A DNA stretch of 64,000 nt from Balanoglossus misakiensis (taxonomy: Eukaryota; Animalia; Hemichordata): NCBI GenBank assembly GCA_040954595.2, contig CM082587.2, positions 1,452,900 to 1,516,899 on the forward strand, written 5' to 3'. Under the pieces are notes generated by a model, which had not been told where the DNA came from, did not search any database, and saw nothing but the letters and a program-made list of their open reading frames with translations. This document shows positions 50,087-63,700 of this stretch, in pieces. The translations under genes and the position numbers were made by a program. How positions within the stretch are numbered: position 1 is the stretch's first letter; each line of letters opens with the position of its first letter.

Positions 50087-52726
50087 ATGGAATCTTTAGG
50101 GTTTCAAAGGGATACCAATCAAGGTAATAGCATATTCCATGAAATTTAGTTTCTGTGTATTATATGTGGCAATCAACGATTACCCGCTGCATGGGAGCCG
50201 GTTATGGTCCTGCAGAGGTATGTCTATGGAATGCTTAATACTAGTAATCTGTGTGGAAATCTGTCATGACGCCGAATGCTTTCGAATAAAGAATAGCCAG
50301 CCAGATGTTACTAAGTCCCAGAGCCTGAGTTACAGTAATGCAGAGTAACACGTGCTCCTATTGTTACATAATCCCTAGAAACAGAAAAGTGTGTATCTGT
50401 GTGTTTATGTGTATGTTCATGTATGTATGTAGATGCTACCAGGTTATTTTCAATCAGGATTACACGCGTGTGTAAAACATCAACAAAAACAGAAAGGCAT
50501 TCACCACCTGGTTGTTATCTTTATTTTAGAGAAACTGTTCCACGTTGTCTGGTGTCAACTAATTATCTCCCTGAATACCGTATTTAGAGAACCCTATTTA
50601 TAGGAATAATCACGAATATCTAGAGGACTTAAATCAAACACTATTAGTATCATTCCCACTGAGACGGAGTGTTCAATATGTCGGAGGATCGTTCCCCAAC
50701 TCGTGAGGACAAGGGCGTGTATCGGTGGATAGTGGTGTTGGCATCGCATGTCTGTAACATGTTTACATTAGGTGCATTCCAATCGGCCGGTCCCATACTC
50801 GTGGCGATTGAGAGAGAGTTCAAGTTAACGGCAGCGCAAACGTCATGGCTGCTGTCATCCCAATTGATTACACTTTCCATATTAAGTAAGTCCCAATCTA
50901 ATTCCTTGTGAGATTCATTTCAAGTCAACTCGGCGATTTTTGTCGTGACAACGGAGGGCGTGGGCACTAATGCCACCATGATTTCACCACATTCTTTTCG
51001 CTGAAAACAGGTCCCGTTTCAAATGCGACAACCAAGAAGTTCGGTTTCCGGGTCACCGTTTTTGTTGGCGGTCTCATGTGTTCGCTGGGTTCGCTTTTGA
51101 GTTCTCTCTCGACAAATGCTGTCTTTCTGTACTTCAGTTTCGGCGTTGTGACAGGTGAGTCATGATGTCATGTTTCTTTGCAACACCGTGGTCATTAAGA
51201 TTGATTCTGTTCCGATGTATTTTTTGTTGTATGACTAGCATTGACATATTGGGGCGAAACCATCCCGAGAGTTTCCTTAGGGATACAAGAGAAACTAATA
51301 GGACCACAGGTAGAATCGCCTCGTTTTGCATTACATTTTGTCGCACATCCATCCTACTTCATAAATAGCTTCTCTGAACATAATTGCAGGACTGGGACAT
51401 GCGCTCATCACCGGTCCTAGCCTTGGAATAATTCCCTTGTATTTCAAAACAAGGTATGTCGCTGCCAATTCAATTGCCGCGGCCGGAAGTGGTACCGGAA
51501 GTCTACTGTGGGCCCCCGTGTTTCAAGCGCTTATTGACAGTTACGGGTGGAGAAACACGTTCATCGTCTTCATGGGATTGCAACTACTTGTGTGCCTATG
51601 CGCCCTGGTGTTTAAGAATCCCCTGAATGATACTGGATATTCGGAAACGAAGATTGGAAATTCTGGAACTGGAATTTCCAATGGCTCTCATAGGAATGAG
51701 GAAACCAAAAGCTTTCTGCAAAGGGCAGAGCCATCTGACGAAACTATGTGTGCGATCTTGCATCTTTTTGGTTGCAATCTCCTCGTTGAATATAAGTATT
51801 TTACGATTTTTGCTGTAGTGTGTTCTTTAGCGCTTGGTGCTGGGTTTCTGGGCTTACCAGCATACATAGTTATTCGAGCGGAATCCCTTGAACTGGCAAC
51901 ATCTCAAGAAATCTCTTTCTTGGTGTCAGCACTCGGTGTATCTAGCATTTTGGGACGGTTTTTCTCGATTTTAATTGTAAATGGGGAGAGTCTTATTTTC
52001 AAAAGTTGGAATGTTTTCGGCTTTTCGATGTTTTGCCTCGGCATGGGGACACTTGTTAGTGTTCTTGCTGAAAAATATGTGCTTTACGCGATGTATGTCA
52101 TTTCAGTGGGCGTTTTATCTGGGGTTTTCTTTTCTTGCTTCACTCTTGCTATAGCAGACTGTGTTGGTGTCGAGAACGTTACTGCTGGTTTTAATCTTGC
52201 CAGGACAATAAATGCCGTCGGTTGTCTTATCGGCCCGGTTGTCGCAGGTACGATAGTATCAGTTATATTCCTATTTTCTTGTGTCTTGTACATTACTCAG
52301 CATAGTGATTCAATTTTATGTTGGGAACGCATCGCCAGCTAATGTCACTTGAGGGCGTTTGCAGAAGAATATGGTTTTGGTATCACATTCTTTGTACAAA
52401 CAACTTACCCATGACAAAATAAAGGCATAAATCGGGTATCACGTGCATTCTCTGTAGAGGAAACATGACCCAGTGGATCACTATTGAACTTTGACCTCTC
52501 TGATACACTTACATCCATAGGGTGGCTGTATGACGTCACTGGCAGCTATGATGCCTCCTTCTACTGGTTCGGTGGCCTTATGACGTTTTCGGGAATTTTC
52601 CTGCTCACCACCGATCTCTGGCGGGGCAGATCAGTTGATAAAGAAAAGCAGCTGGTCAAGACGTATGGAACACAAAGCGGTGTTTTCTATGAATCCAGAA
52701 GTGAGAATGAATGTGACGATAAATAA
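50087..52726 (+). CDS. Monocarboxylate transporter (SLC16/MCT family, MFS)
   Basis: Exons at about 50087-50123 (tentative start; alternative Met 50678), 50664-50885, 51011-51154, 51390-52247 and 52521-52726. Motifs DKGVYRWIVVLAS, KKFGFRVTVFVGG, YFKTRYVAANSIAAAGSGTG, LIDSYGWR, GPVVAGWLYDVTGSY. Confidence 0.9.
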
Positions 52727-53667
52727 AACTAAGTCTTATATTTGTCATCTTTGGGTTTCAGTTTATATTTTGTCTCATTCTCTGATTGTTGAAATATATG
52801 GTCTGGTCTTTCCACCTGACAAAAAAGTCACAAATACCAATATTTGTAAATGATTTATTCTGACGTGCGTCAGAGCAATCGTTTTCAAAAAGCTTCAAAC
52901 GATAATACAATCTCGTTGCTGATTGGTTCGAGTCACCTGGACTACCTGGACATGGTAATTACCGACTACCATCCGGGCATTTTCGGAAAAGACGGTCACG
53001 CCACTCATACTCAGTGCACGTGGACTTCATTTTGATGCGGGGCGCAGACAACTCAACAACAGAGTTTCTGCGCTGTTTTTTTGCTGTAAAGGCCACGGTA
53101 AGTAAAGTTACAGAAGTAGACACAATTACTCAGTTATTAACGAGAGCTATGTGCTATTTTGTGGCGAGTAACGGGACAACCAAGTCCACGTCCGACGAGC
53201 ACTGAAAAAGAACATGCGGCAGTCAAACAGCTCGACTCGGCGTTTCACTGCGTTTGAATTTACAAATTCCTTTCTTTCGCGTTACCCAACCTGAGATGCA
53301 CGGTTTATTAGACTAGTCGGTGTTGTAGCTCTTTGCCGGTGGGCAGCCGTTTTTTTTTGTACGCCCAAAACACAATTCAGTTTCTCTAGAAAAGGAAGGT
53401 TCGGTCAATTGGTAGCGGGTTCGCGTGTGGTCAGTGAGTTTTCGAGTGTGAGCGAATGCAAATTATACTAGCCCCTTATTGTAAAATAAACAGTTAATTA
53501 ACCACGTTGCCAAAGTGAGAGTGAAATTCCAGGCAACTATACAAATTTGTTTGGTGTACCACCTGTGAATGAACAACCGTTGGTGTGCGGTGATCACGGT
53601 AGACGTTTTGATTCATGTTCATGGATATAATAGACATTCACTTCAACGTTCGTCTACTTATTTTGCA

Positions 53668-56130
53668 GACGCGTGGACCAGATGTTCCATGGCTGAGTGG
53701 AGACCAACAGATTCCCGATGTTTCAAGCCAGATGGAACAAGTAAGCAATATTTATACGTGTATATTGAAACGCCAGTATCAACCGAGCCTTTCTTTACTT
53801 GTGGCCATGTTGAAGACATTTTCCCGATTCTGACTGGTGCCGGTACCCAGCTCAGCGCAATATATGGATGTCATCTTTATTGTGAGTGTGTGTGCACATG
53901 TGTGTCAAGGTGTAAGTTGTGTACTCCGGCCATGCAACGGTAACTTCATGAGGTAAGCGCTTGTATGTTCCATGGCTGAATAAAGACCAGTGGATGGTAT
54001 GAGGTTTCATAACAAGTAAGTTATATAGACATAAATAAAATCCCCGGGGCGGGTGGGTCCCATCCCTCAGACCGTCGGTTAATACTTAATACAAATTTGT
54101 TTGAGCCTTGTAATCTTTCGTCATTATTCAATAAAAAAATATTAAAAACATACACGCACTCATAATACTGGGAGTGGTTTATTTCCGTACCGATCATCTT
54201 CTCACGTGCGTATATAGTTAATACAGGTTTCTTGAGATTGTGATCTTCGACATTATTCAATAAAAAATTATCAAAAACATACATTGTACTGATAAAACTG
54301 GGAGTGGTTTATTTCCGTACCGATCATCTTCGCGCGTGCGTATATAGTTAATACAGGTTTCTTGAGATTGTGATCTTCGACATTATTCAATAAAAAATTA
54401 TCAAAAACATACATTGTACTGATAAAACTGGGAGTGGTTTATTTCCGTACCGATCATCTTCTCACGTGCGTATATAGTTAATACAGGTTTCTTGAGATTG
54501 TGATCTTCGACATTATTCAATAAAAAATTATCAAAAACATACATTGTACTGATAAAACTGGGAGTGGTTTATTTCCGTACCGATCATCTCCTCACGTGCG
54601 TATATAGTTAATACAGGTTTCTTGAGATTGTGATCTTCGACATTATTCAATAAAAAATTATCAAAAACATACATTGTACTGATAAAACTGGGAGTGGTTT
54701 ATTTCCGTACCGATCATCTTCTCACGTGCGTATATAGTTAATACAGGTTTCTTGAGATTGTGATCTTCGACATTATTCAATAAAAAATTATCAAAAACAT
54801 ACATTGTACTGATAAAACTGGGAGTGGTTTATTTCCGTACCGATCATCTTCTCACGTGCGTATATAGTTAATACAGGTTTCTTGAGATTGTGATTTTCGA
54901 CATTATTCAATAAAAAATTATCAAAAACATACATTGTACTGATAAAACTGGGAGTGGTTTATTTCCGTACCGATCATCTTCTCACGTGCGTATATAGTTA
55001 ATACAGGTTTCTTGAGATTGTGATCTTCGACATTATTCAATAAAAAATTATCAAAAACATACATTGTACTGATAAAACTGGGAGTGGTTTATTTCCGTAC
55101 CGATCATCTTCTCACGTGCGTACATATCTTGGTCCGTTTTTGAGACTTGTAATCTTTTCATTTTCCCTTAGTACAATAAAAGTTAATATAAAAAAATACA
55201 TGTATAACCTGGGAGTGATTTTGGCTCCTCGCGTATTTGTATGTCTCTGTTAGCCCGAGTCTGTTATTATAGTAAAATAATTTATGTACTCGTATTTTCC
55301 AGTAGATTTTTGAGATTTCTTCTGTTTTTGAATGTTTTTCAATTACTCCAATGTAATTTTATGAAAAATTTACTCTAGTTTGTGATTGTACCTTTTGTAT
55401 TTTTTATTCGTTACGTGAAAGTATTTCTTTGTTGTATTTCTTTCAAGTTTACCAACATGATGTTTTTTGTTGTATGTTAAGTCCACAGAACTATTGTAAA
55501 TCTTTTGTCTGTTTATTAGAATTATTGTATTTTCAATAAAACCAGAATTGAACGAAAGATATAACTCGTCTCTGTATGAATTTATTCAACCAATACTAAG
55601 ATAATTATTGAAAATTGGTCAAAAGTCGGCACTTGATTTGAAAACAAAATGTTCACTCATCTCACTGACCCTAAAAAAGTTTGCATCAATTATAAATGAT
55701 TCTGACTGGTGCCTGTACAAACCCCAAGTTTACCGACTTTGCTCGAAATGTGCTCGTTATTGTGAGTATGTGTGTCTGTCTGTATGTCTGTGTGTGTGTA
55801 AGTTGTATATTCCTGCCATGCAACTGACAACATGAGGTAAGCGCTTGTATGTTTCATGGCCGAGTTGAAGACCCGTGGATGCTGTGGGGATTGCAAGCAG
55901 TATTGAACAAGTAAGTGACATAATCTAGATTTGGATGGGGGTTTTCCTTTATCGAAGTCTACAGAATGTAATGTATATCTTCTTAATTAAAACTATGAAT
56001 TCAAGTTCATTTGAAAATGGTTTTCAATAAAAAATAGAATAAAGATTTTATTGGTGCCCGTGTCATTTTATTCAACCATGCTAAGATAATTATTGAAACA
56101 TGATCAAAAGTCGGTCTTTGATTTGAAAAC
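53668..56130. repeat. Composite repetitive block: diverged repeats flanking a tandem array
   Basis: About 53828-54020 and 55700-55915 share TTCTGACTGGTGCC..TATTGTGAG..GCCATGCAAC..CATGAGGTAAGCGCTTGTATGTT.CATGGC..AACAAGTAAG. A third partial copy is at 53681-53745. Segments 55580-55648 and 56068-56132 are also duplicates. Confidence 0.75.
54168..55122. repeat. 130-bp tandem repeat, about 7.3 near-identical copies with degenerate copies on both sides
   Basis: GGAGTGGTTTATTTCCGTACCG recurs at 54171, 54301, 54431, 54561, 54691, 54821, 54951 and 55081. Confidence 0.97.
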
Positions 56131-56623
56131 AATCATTTGTATCCTTGACCCTCAAGGTTCGCATTTACAAAGAAAGGTCAAAGGTCATCACAATTTTGGC
56201 AAATTCTGTTTCCTTAATTGGCTACACCAACCGAAATATTTGTTTATGCCTTCTACTGGTGTTGAGGTATTAAACGTTTAGGCTAAAGGTCACCTTTAGA
56301 TGTTAAAGAAATTCTGGTCTCTTATTGACCTACATTTATGAGCCCGGTCTGTTTTTTAAAGTGCTGAACAGTGAGTGGGTGGAGCTTATGGTTCGCCCCT
56401 ACATTTCTACCCACAATGCAATTTCAATTACTTACATGTTTGCATGCAATGACCTATAAACCTTAGTATAGTATGCTTATGTGCTCACATTTCCGACTCC
56501 GGAAGCACTAGGCTTTGCACGGCGACGAAAACATTTGACATTAGACCTTCTCAGGCGACAGAAATTGCACATTGCACAGTAAGCACGTCATCGTCAGGGC
56601 TCCCTCAAGACTAGATAGTCAGC

Positions 56624-57483
56624 ATGATCGCCAAGGCTATTCTCGCGATACTTCTCGTGGTGACAGGAACACAGATAGCAAAACTTATGTAAGTATTAGT
56701 TATTTCCAAAAAAATCATGTATTCTGTAGTACGTGACATTTTAGGTACACAACAGCCACGGGTTACTGCTGCATGCTATCTGTTGTACTCTGGACCACTG
56801 TGACTTTAAGTGACCTAATTGAAATCACAGTAGTTATAGATTAGCTATAGATCGACTATATTGCCGTAAATTTCACTGTCAAGCTTTGTAATTTATTATA
56901 TTTAGTGATGAACTGATATAAATACTTCATGTAACCCCCTTTGCACATGGGCGAAATGCCTTGAAATGTCAATAAAGCTATTATTATTATATATTAAAAA
57001 GTTGTATTGATGTTTTTAATCTACTGTCTACCATGACGTACATCTCTTCAAATACCTACACATTTCTCATTATTGGACCCAAGAAATTAAGCCATATCAT
57101 TAGATAAAGAACAGTCTGAACAGAAATCTCCATTACGGCAGAATTGTTGTTCTGTTTTAGCTATTCCCAGGACTACCACAAAACAATGTACAGCCACCAA
57201 CCAGGGCGGTGTCGTGTTCTGCCATCGGTGGGTAAGTTCTAATGCATAGGTCATCACCGTTCGATGCCCAGGTCTCATTAAAATCGTGTGTGAACTCAAG
57301 TAAATCTCAGTGCCATTAAAATGACTGCAATCGAATTGACGTATGTAGTTTGCAATGACATGTGTAAGTTGGCAAGGACCTGCAATGGTCACATTTCATT
57401 AATCTATGCACAGCTGCTTTCTTACAGTCAATAGTTCCGAAGATATCACTGTCACTAAAGAAGGGTTGGCGTTCATGGCGACA
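56624..57483 (+). CDS. Paraoxonase/arylesterase (PON family), first three exons only
   Basis: Exons 56624-56688, 57161-57231 and 57428-57483 all have GTAAGT donors and compatible phases (2, 1, 0). They splice to MIAKAILAILLVVTGTQIAKLIYSQDYHKTMYSHQPGRCRVLPSVVNSSEDITVTKEGLAFMAT, matching the PON signal anchor, conserved Cys and (G)SED....GLAF pattern. Not present in the ORF track. Confidence 0.82.
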
Positions 57484-57713
57484 GTAAGTTTTTCTAAGTT
57501 AGGAATTAGACATTTTACATAATTTTCATGAGATACAACGAATGAAAAATGTCTAAAGATGTCCAAAACTGACAAAATCACAAAATCAAAATGACAAAAT
57601 CACATCTTCAAAGAGACCAATTGTCGACTTTGGGAACTTTTAACGATTTGGTCATTTTTGGACATTTTTCATGGGTTATAGACAATTTTTCGATTTGGCG
57701 AAATTTGGCAATT

Positions 57714-60700
57714 TTATAACCCATGGTTTTTATCAAAAAATGACCACATTTTGAAATTTCGCGAAGTCGAAAAATTTACATTTCTGGATGATTTTCATGA
57801 GCTATAACCTTGACATTTCTGGATGATTTTCATGAGCTATAACCCATGGTTTTTATCAAAAAGTGACCAAATTTTGAAATTTCGCGTAGTCGAAAAATTG
57901 ACATTTCTGGATGATTTTCATGAGCTATAACCCATGGTTTTTATCAAAAAATGACCAAATTTTGAAATTTCGCGAAGTCGAAAAATTGACATTTCTGGAT
58001 GATTTTCATGAGCTATAACCCATGGTTTTTATCAAAAAATGACCAAATTTTGAAATTTCGCTAAGTCGAAAAATTGACATTTCTGGATGATTTTCAAGAG
58101 CTATAACCCACGGTTTTTTCAAAAAATGACCAAATTTTGAAAATTCGCAAAGTCGAAAAATCTTCGATTTCTGACGATTTTCCTGAGCTATAACCCATGG
58201 TTTTTTCAAAAAATGACCAAATTTTGAAAATTCGCGAAGTCGAAAAATCTTCGATTTCTGACGATTTTCCTGAGCTATAACCCATGGTTTTTTCAAAAAA
58301 TGACCAAATTTTGAAAATTCGCAAAGTCGAAAAATCTTCGATTTCTGACGATTTTCCTGAGCTATAACCCATGGTTTTTTCAAAAAATGACCACATTTTG
58401 AAAATTCGCAAAGTCGAAAAATCTTCGATTTCTGACGATTTTCCTGAGCTATAACCCATGGTTTTTTCAAAAAATGACCAAATTTTGAAAATTCGCAAAG
58501 TCGAAAAATCTTCGATTTCTGACGATTTTCCTGAGCTATAACCCATGGTTTTTTCAAAAAATGACCAAATTTTGAAAATTCGCAAAGTCGAAAAATCTTC
58601 GATTTCTGACGATTTTCCTGAGCTATAACCCATGGTTTTTTCAAAAAATGACCAAATTTTGAAAATTCGCAAAGTCGAAAAATCTTCGATTTCTGACGAT
58701 TTTCCTGAGCTATAACCCATGGTTTTTTCAAAAAATGACCAAATTTTGAAAATTCGCAAAGTCGAAAAATCTTCGATTTCTGACGATTTTCCTGAGCTAT
58801 AACCCATGGTTTTTTCAAAAAATGACCAAATTTTGAAAATTCGCAAAGTCGAAAAATCTTCGATTTCTGACGATTTTCCTGAGCTATAACCCATGGTTTT
58901 TTCAAAAAATGACCAAATTTTGAAAATTCGCAAAGTCGAAAAATCTTCGATTTCTGACGATTTTCCTGAGCTATAACCCATGGTTTTTTCAAAAAATGAC
59001 CAAATTTTGAAAATTCGCAAAGTCGAAAAATCTTCGATTTCTGACGATTTTCCTGAGCTATAACCCATGGTTTTTTCAAAAAATGACCAAATTTTGAAAA
59101 TTCGCAAAGTCGAAAAATCTTCGATTTCTGACGATTTTCCTGAGCTATAACCCATGGTTTTTATCAAAAAATGACCAAATTTTGAAAATTCGCAAAGTCG
59201 AAAAATCTTCGATTTCTGACGATTTTCCTGAGCTATAACCCATGGTTTTTTCAAAAAATGACCAAATTTTGAAAATTCGCAAAGTCGAAAAATCTTCGAT
59301 TTCTGACGATTTTCCTGAGCTATAACCCATGGTTTTTTCAAAAAATGACCAAATTTTGAAAATTCGCGAAGTCGAAAAATCTTCGATTTCTGACGATTTT
59401 CCTGAGCTATAACCCATGGTTTTTTCAAAAAATGACCAAATTTTGAAAATTCGCAAAGTCGAAAAATCTTCGATTTCTGACGATTTTCCTGAGCTATAAC
59501 CCATGGTTTTTTCAAAAAATGACCACATTTTGAAAATTCGCAAAGTCGAAAAATCTTCGATTTCTGACGATTTTCCTGAGCTATAACCCATGGTTTTTTC
59601 AAAAAATGACCAAATTTTGAAAATTCGCAAAGTCGAAAAATCTTCGATTTCTGACGATTTTCCTGAGCTATAACCCATGGTTTTTTCAAAAAATGACCAA
59701 ATTTTGAAAATTCGCAAAGTCGAAAAATCTTCGATTTCTGACGATTTTCCTGAGCTATAACCCATGGTTTTTTCAAAAAATGACCAAATTTTGAAAATTC
59801 GCAAAGTCGAAAAATCTTCGATTTCTGACGATTTTCCTGAGCTATAACCCATGGTTTTTTCAAAAAATGACCAAATTTTGAAAATTCGCAAAGTCGAAAA
59901 ATCTTCGATTTCTGACGATTTTCCTGAGCTATAACCCATGGTTTTTTCAAAAAATGACCAAATTTTGAAAATTCGCAAAGTCGAAAAATCTTCGATTTCT
60001 GACGATTTTCCTGAGCTATAACCCATGGTTTTTTCAAAAAATGACCAAATTTTGAAAATTCGCAAAGTCGAAAAATCTTCGATTTCTGACGATTTTCCTG
60101 AGCTATAACCCATGGTTTTTATCAAAAAATGACCAAATTTTGAAAATTCGCAAAGTCGAAAAATCTTCGATTTCTGACGATTTTCCTGAGCTATAACCCA
60201 TGGTTTTTATCAAAAAATGACCAAATTTTGAAAATTCGCAAAGTCGAAAAATCTTCGATTTCTGACGATTTTCCTGAGCTATAACCCATGGTTTTTATCA
60301 AAAAATGACCAAATTTTGAAAATTCGCAAAGTCGAAAAATCTTCGATTTCTGACGATTTTCCTGAGCTATAACCCATGGTTTTTATCAAAAAATGACCAA
60401 ATTTTGAAAATTCGCAAAGTCGAAAAATCTTCGATTTCTGACGATTTTCCTGAGCTATAACCCATGGTTTTTATCAAAAAATGACCAAATTTTGAAAATT
60501 CGCAAAGTCGAAAAATCTTCGATTTCTGACGATTTTCCTGAGCTATAACCCATGGTTTTTATCAAAAAATGACCAAATTTTGAAAATTCGCAAAGTCGAA
60601 AAATCTTCGATTTCTGACGATTTTCCTGAGCTATAACCCATGGTTTTTATCAAAAAATGACCAAATTTTGAAAATTCGCAAAGTCGAAAAATCATCGATT

Positions 60701-63700
60701 TCTGACGATTTTCCTGAGCTATAACCCATGGTTTTTTCAAAAAATGACCAAATTTTGAAAATTCGCAAAGTCGAAAAATCTTCGATTTCTGACGATTTTC
60801 CTGAGCTATAACCCATGGTTTTTTCAAAAAATGACCAAATTTTGAAAATTCGCAAAGTCGAAAAATCTTCGATTTCTGACGATTTTCCTGAGCTATAACC
60901 CATGGTTTTTTCAAAAAATGACCAAATTTTGAAAATTCGCAAAGTCGAAAAATCTTCGATTTCTGACGATTTTCCTGAGCTATAACCCATGGTTTTTTCA
61001 AAAAATGACCAAATTTTGAAAATTCGCAAAGTCGAAAAATCTTCGATTTCTGACGATTTTCCTGAGCTATAACCCACGGTTTTTATCAAAAAATGACCAA
61101 ATTTTGAAAATTCGCAAAGTCGAAAAATCTTCGATTTCTGACGATTTTCCTGAGCTATAACCCATGGTTTTTTCAAAAAATGACCAAATTTTGAAAATTC
61201 GCAAAGTCGAAAAATCTTCGATTTCTGACGATTTTCCTGAGCTATAACCCATGGTTTTTTCAAAAAATGACCAAATTTTGAAAATTCGCAAAGTCGAAAA
61301 ATCTTCGATTTCTGACGATTTTCCTGAGCTATAACCCATGGTTTTTTCAAAAAATGACCAAATTTTGAAAATTCGCAAAGTCGAAAAATCTTCGATTTCT
61401 GACGATTTTCCTGAGCTATAACCCATGGTTTTTTCAAAAAATGACCAAATTTTGAAAATTCGCAAAGTCGAAAAATCTTCGATTTCTGACGATTTTCCTG
61501 AGCTATAACCCATGTTTTTTTCAAAAAATGACCACATTTTGAAAATTCGCAAAGTCGAAAAATCTTCGATTTCTGACGATTTTCCTGAGCTATAACCCAT
61601 GGTTTTTTCAAAAAATGACCAAATTTTGAAAATTCGCAAAGTCGAAAAATCTTCGATTTCTGACGATTTTCCTGAGCTATAACCCATGGTTTTTCCAAAA
61701 AATGACCAAATTTTGAAAATTCGCAAAGTCGAAAAATCTTCGATTTCTGACGATTTTCCTGAGCTATAACCCATGTTTTTTTCAAAAAATGACCAAATTT
61801 TGAAAATTCGCAAAGTCGAAAAATCTTCGATTTCTGACGATTTTCCTGAGCTATAACCCATGGTTTTTTCAAAAAATGACCAAATTTTGAAAATTCGCAA
61901 AGTCGAAAAATCTTCGATTTCTGACGATTTTCCTGAGCTATAACCCATGGTTTTTTCAAAAAATGACCAAATTTTGAAAATTCGCGAAGTCGAAAAATCT
62001 TCGATTTCTGACGATTTTCCTGAGCTATAACCCATGTTTTTTTCAAAAAATGACCAAATTTTGAAAATTCGCAAAGTCGAAAAATCTTCGATTTCTGACG
62101 ATTTTCCTGAGCTATAACCCATGTTTTTTTCAAAAAATGACCAAATTTTGAAAATTCGCAAAGTCGAAAAATCTTCGATTTCTGACGATTTTCCTGAGCT
62201 ATAACCCATGGTTTTTTCAAAAAATGACCAAATTTTGAAAATTCGCAAAGTCGAAAAATCTTCGATTTCTGACGATTTTCCTGAGCTATAACCCATGGTT
62301 TTTTCAAAAAATGACCAAATTTTGAAAATTCGCAAAGTCGAAAAATCTTCGATTTCTGACGATTTTCCTGAGCTATAACCCATGGTTTTTATCAAAAAAT
62401 GACCAAATTTTGAAAATTCGCAAAGTCGAAAAATCTTCGATTTCTGACGATTTTCCTGAGCTATAACCCATGGTTTTTATCAAAAAATGACCTAATTTTG
62501 AAAATTCGCAAAGTCGAAAAATCTTCGATTTCTGACGATTTTCCTGAGCTATAACCCATGGTTTTTATCAAAAAATGACCAAATTTTGAAAATTCGCAAA
62601 GTCGAAAAATCTTCGATTTCTGACGATTTTCCTGAGCTATAACCCATGGTTTTTATCAAAAAATGACCAAATTTTGAAAATTCGCAAAGTCGAAAAATCT
62701 TCGATTTCTGACGATTTTCCTGAGCTATAACCCATGTTTTTTTCAAAAAATGACCAAATTTTGAAAATTCGCAAAGTCGAAAAATCTTCGATTTATGACG
62801 ATTTTCCTGAGCTATAACCCATGGTTTTTATCAAAAAATGACCAAATTTTGAAAATTCGCAAAGTCGAAAAATCTTCGATTTATGACGATTTTCCTGAGC
62901 TATAACCCATGGTTTTTTTCAAAAAATGACCAAATTTTGAAAATTCGCAAAGTCGAAAAATCTTCGATTTCTGACGATTTTCCTGAGCTATAACCCATGG
63001 TTTTTTCAAAAAATGACCAAATTTTGAAAATTCGCAAAGTCGAAAAATCTTCGCTTTCTGACGATTTTCCTGAGCTATAACCCATGGTTTTTATCAAAAA
63101 ATGACCAAATTTTGAAAATTCGCAAAGTCGAAAAATCTTCGATTTCTGACGATTTTCCTGAGCTATAACCCATGGTTTTTTCAAAAAATGACCAAATTTT
63201 GAAAATTCGCAAAGTCGAAAAATCTTCGATTTCTGACGATTTTCCTGAGCTATAACCCATGTTTTTTTCAAAAAATGACCAAATTTTGAAAATTCGCAAA
63301 GTCGAAAAATCGTCGATTTCTGACGATTTCCCTGAGCTATAACCCATGGTTTTTATCAAAAAATGACCAAATTTTGAAAATTCGCAAAGTCGAAAAATCT
63401 TCGATTTCTGACGATTTTCCTGAGCTATAACCCATGGTTTTTATCAAAAAATGACCAAATTTTGAAAATTCGCAAAGTCGAAAAATCTTCGATTTCTGAC
63501 GATTTTCCTGAGCTATAACCCATGGTTTTTATCAAAAAATGACCAAATTTTGAAAATTCGCAAAGTCGAAAAATCTTCGATTTCTGACGATTTTCCTGAG
63601 CTATAACCCATGGTTTTTTCAAAAAATGACCAAATTTTGAAAATTCGCAAAGTCGAAAAATCTTCGATTTCTGACGATTTTCCTGAGCTATAACCCATGG

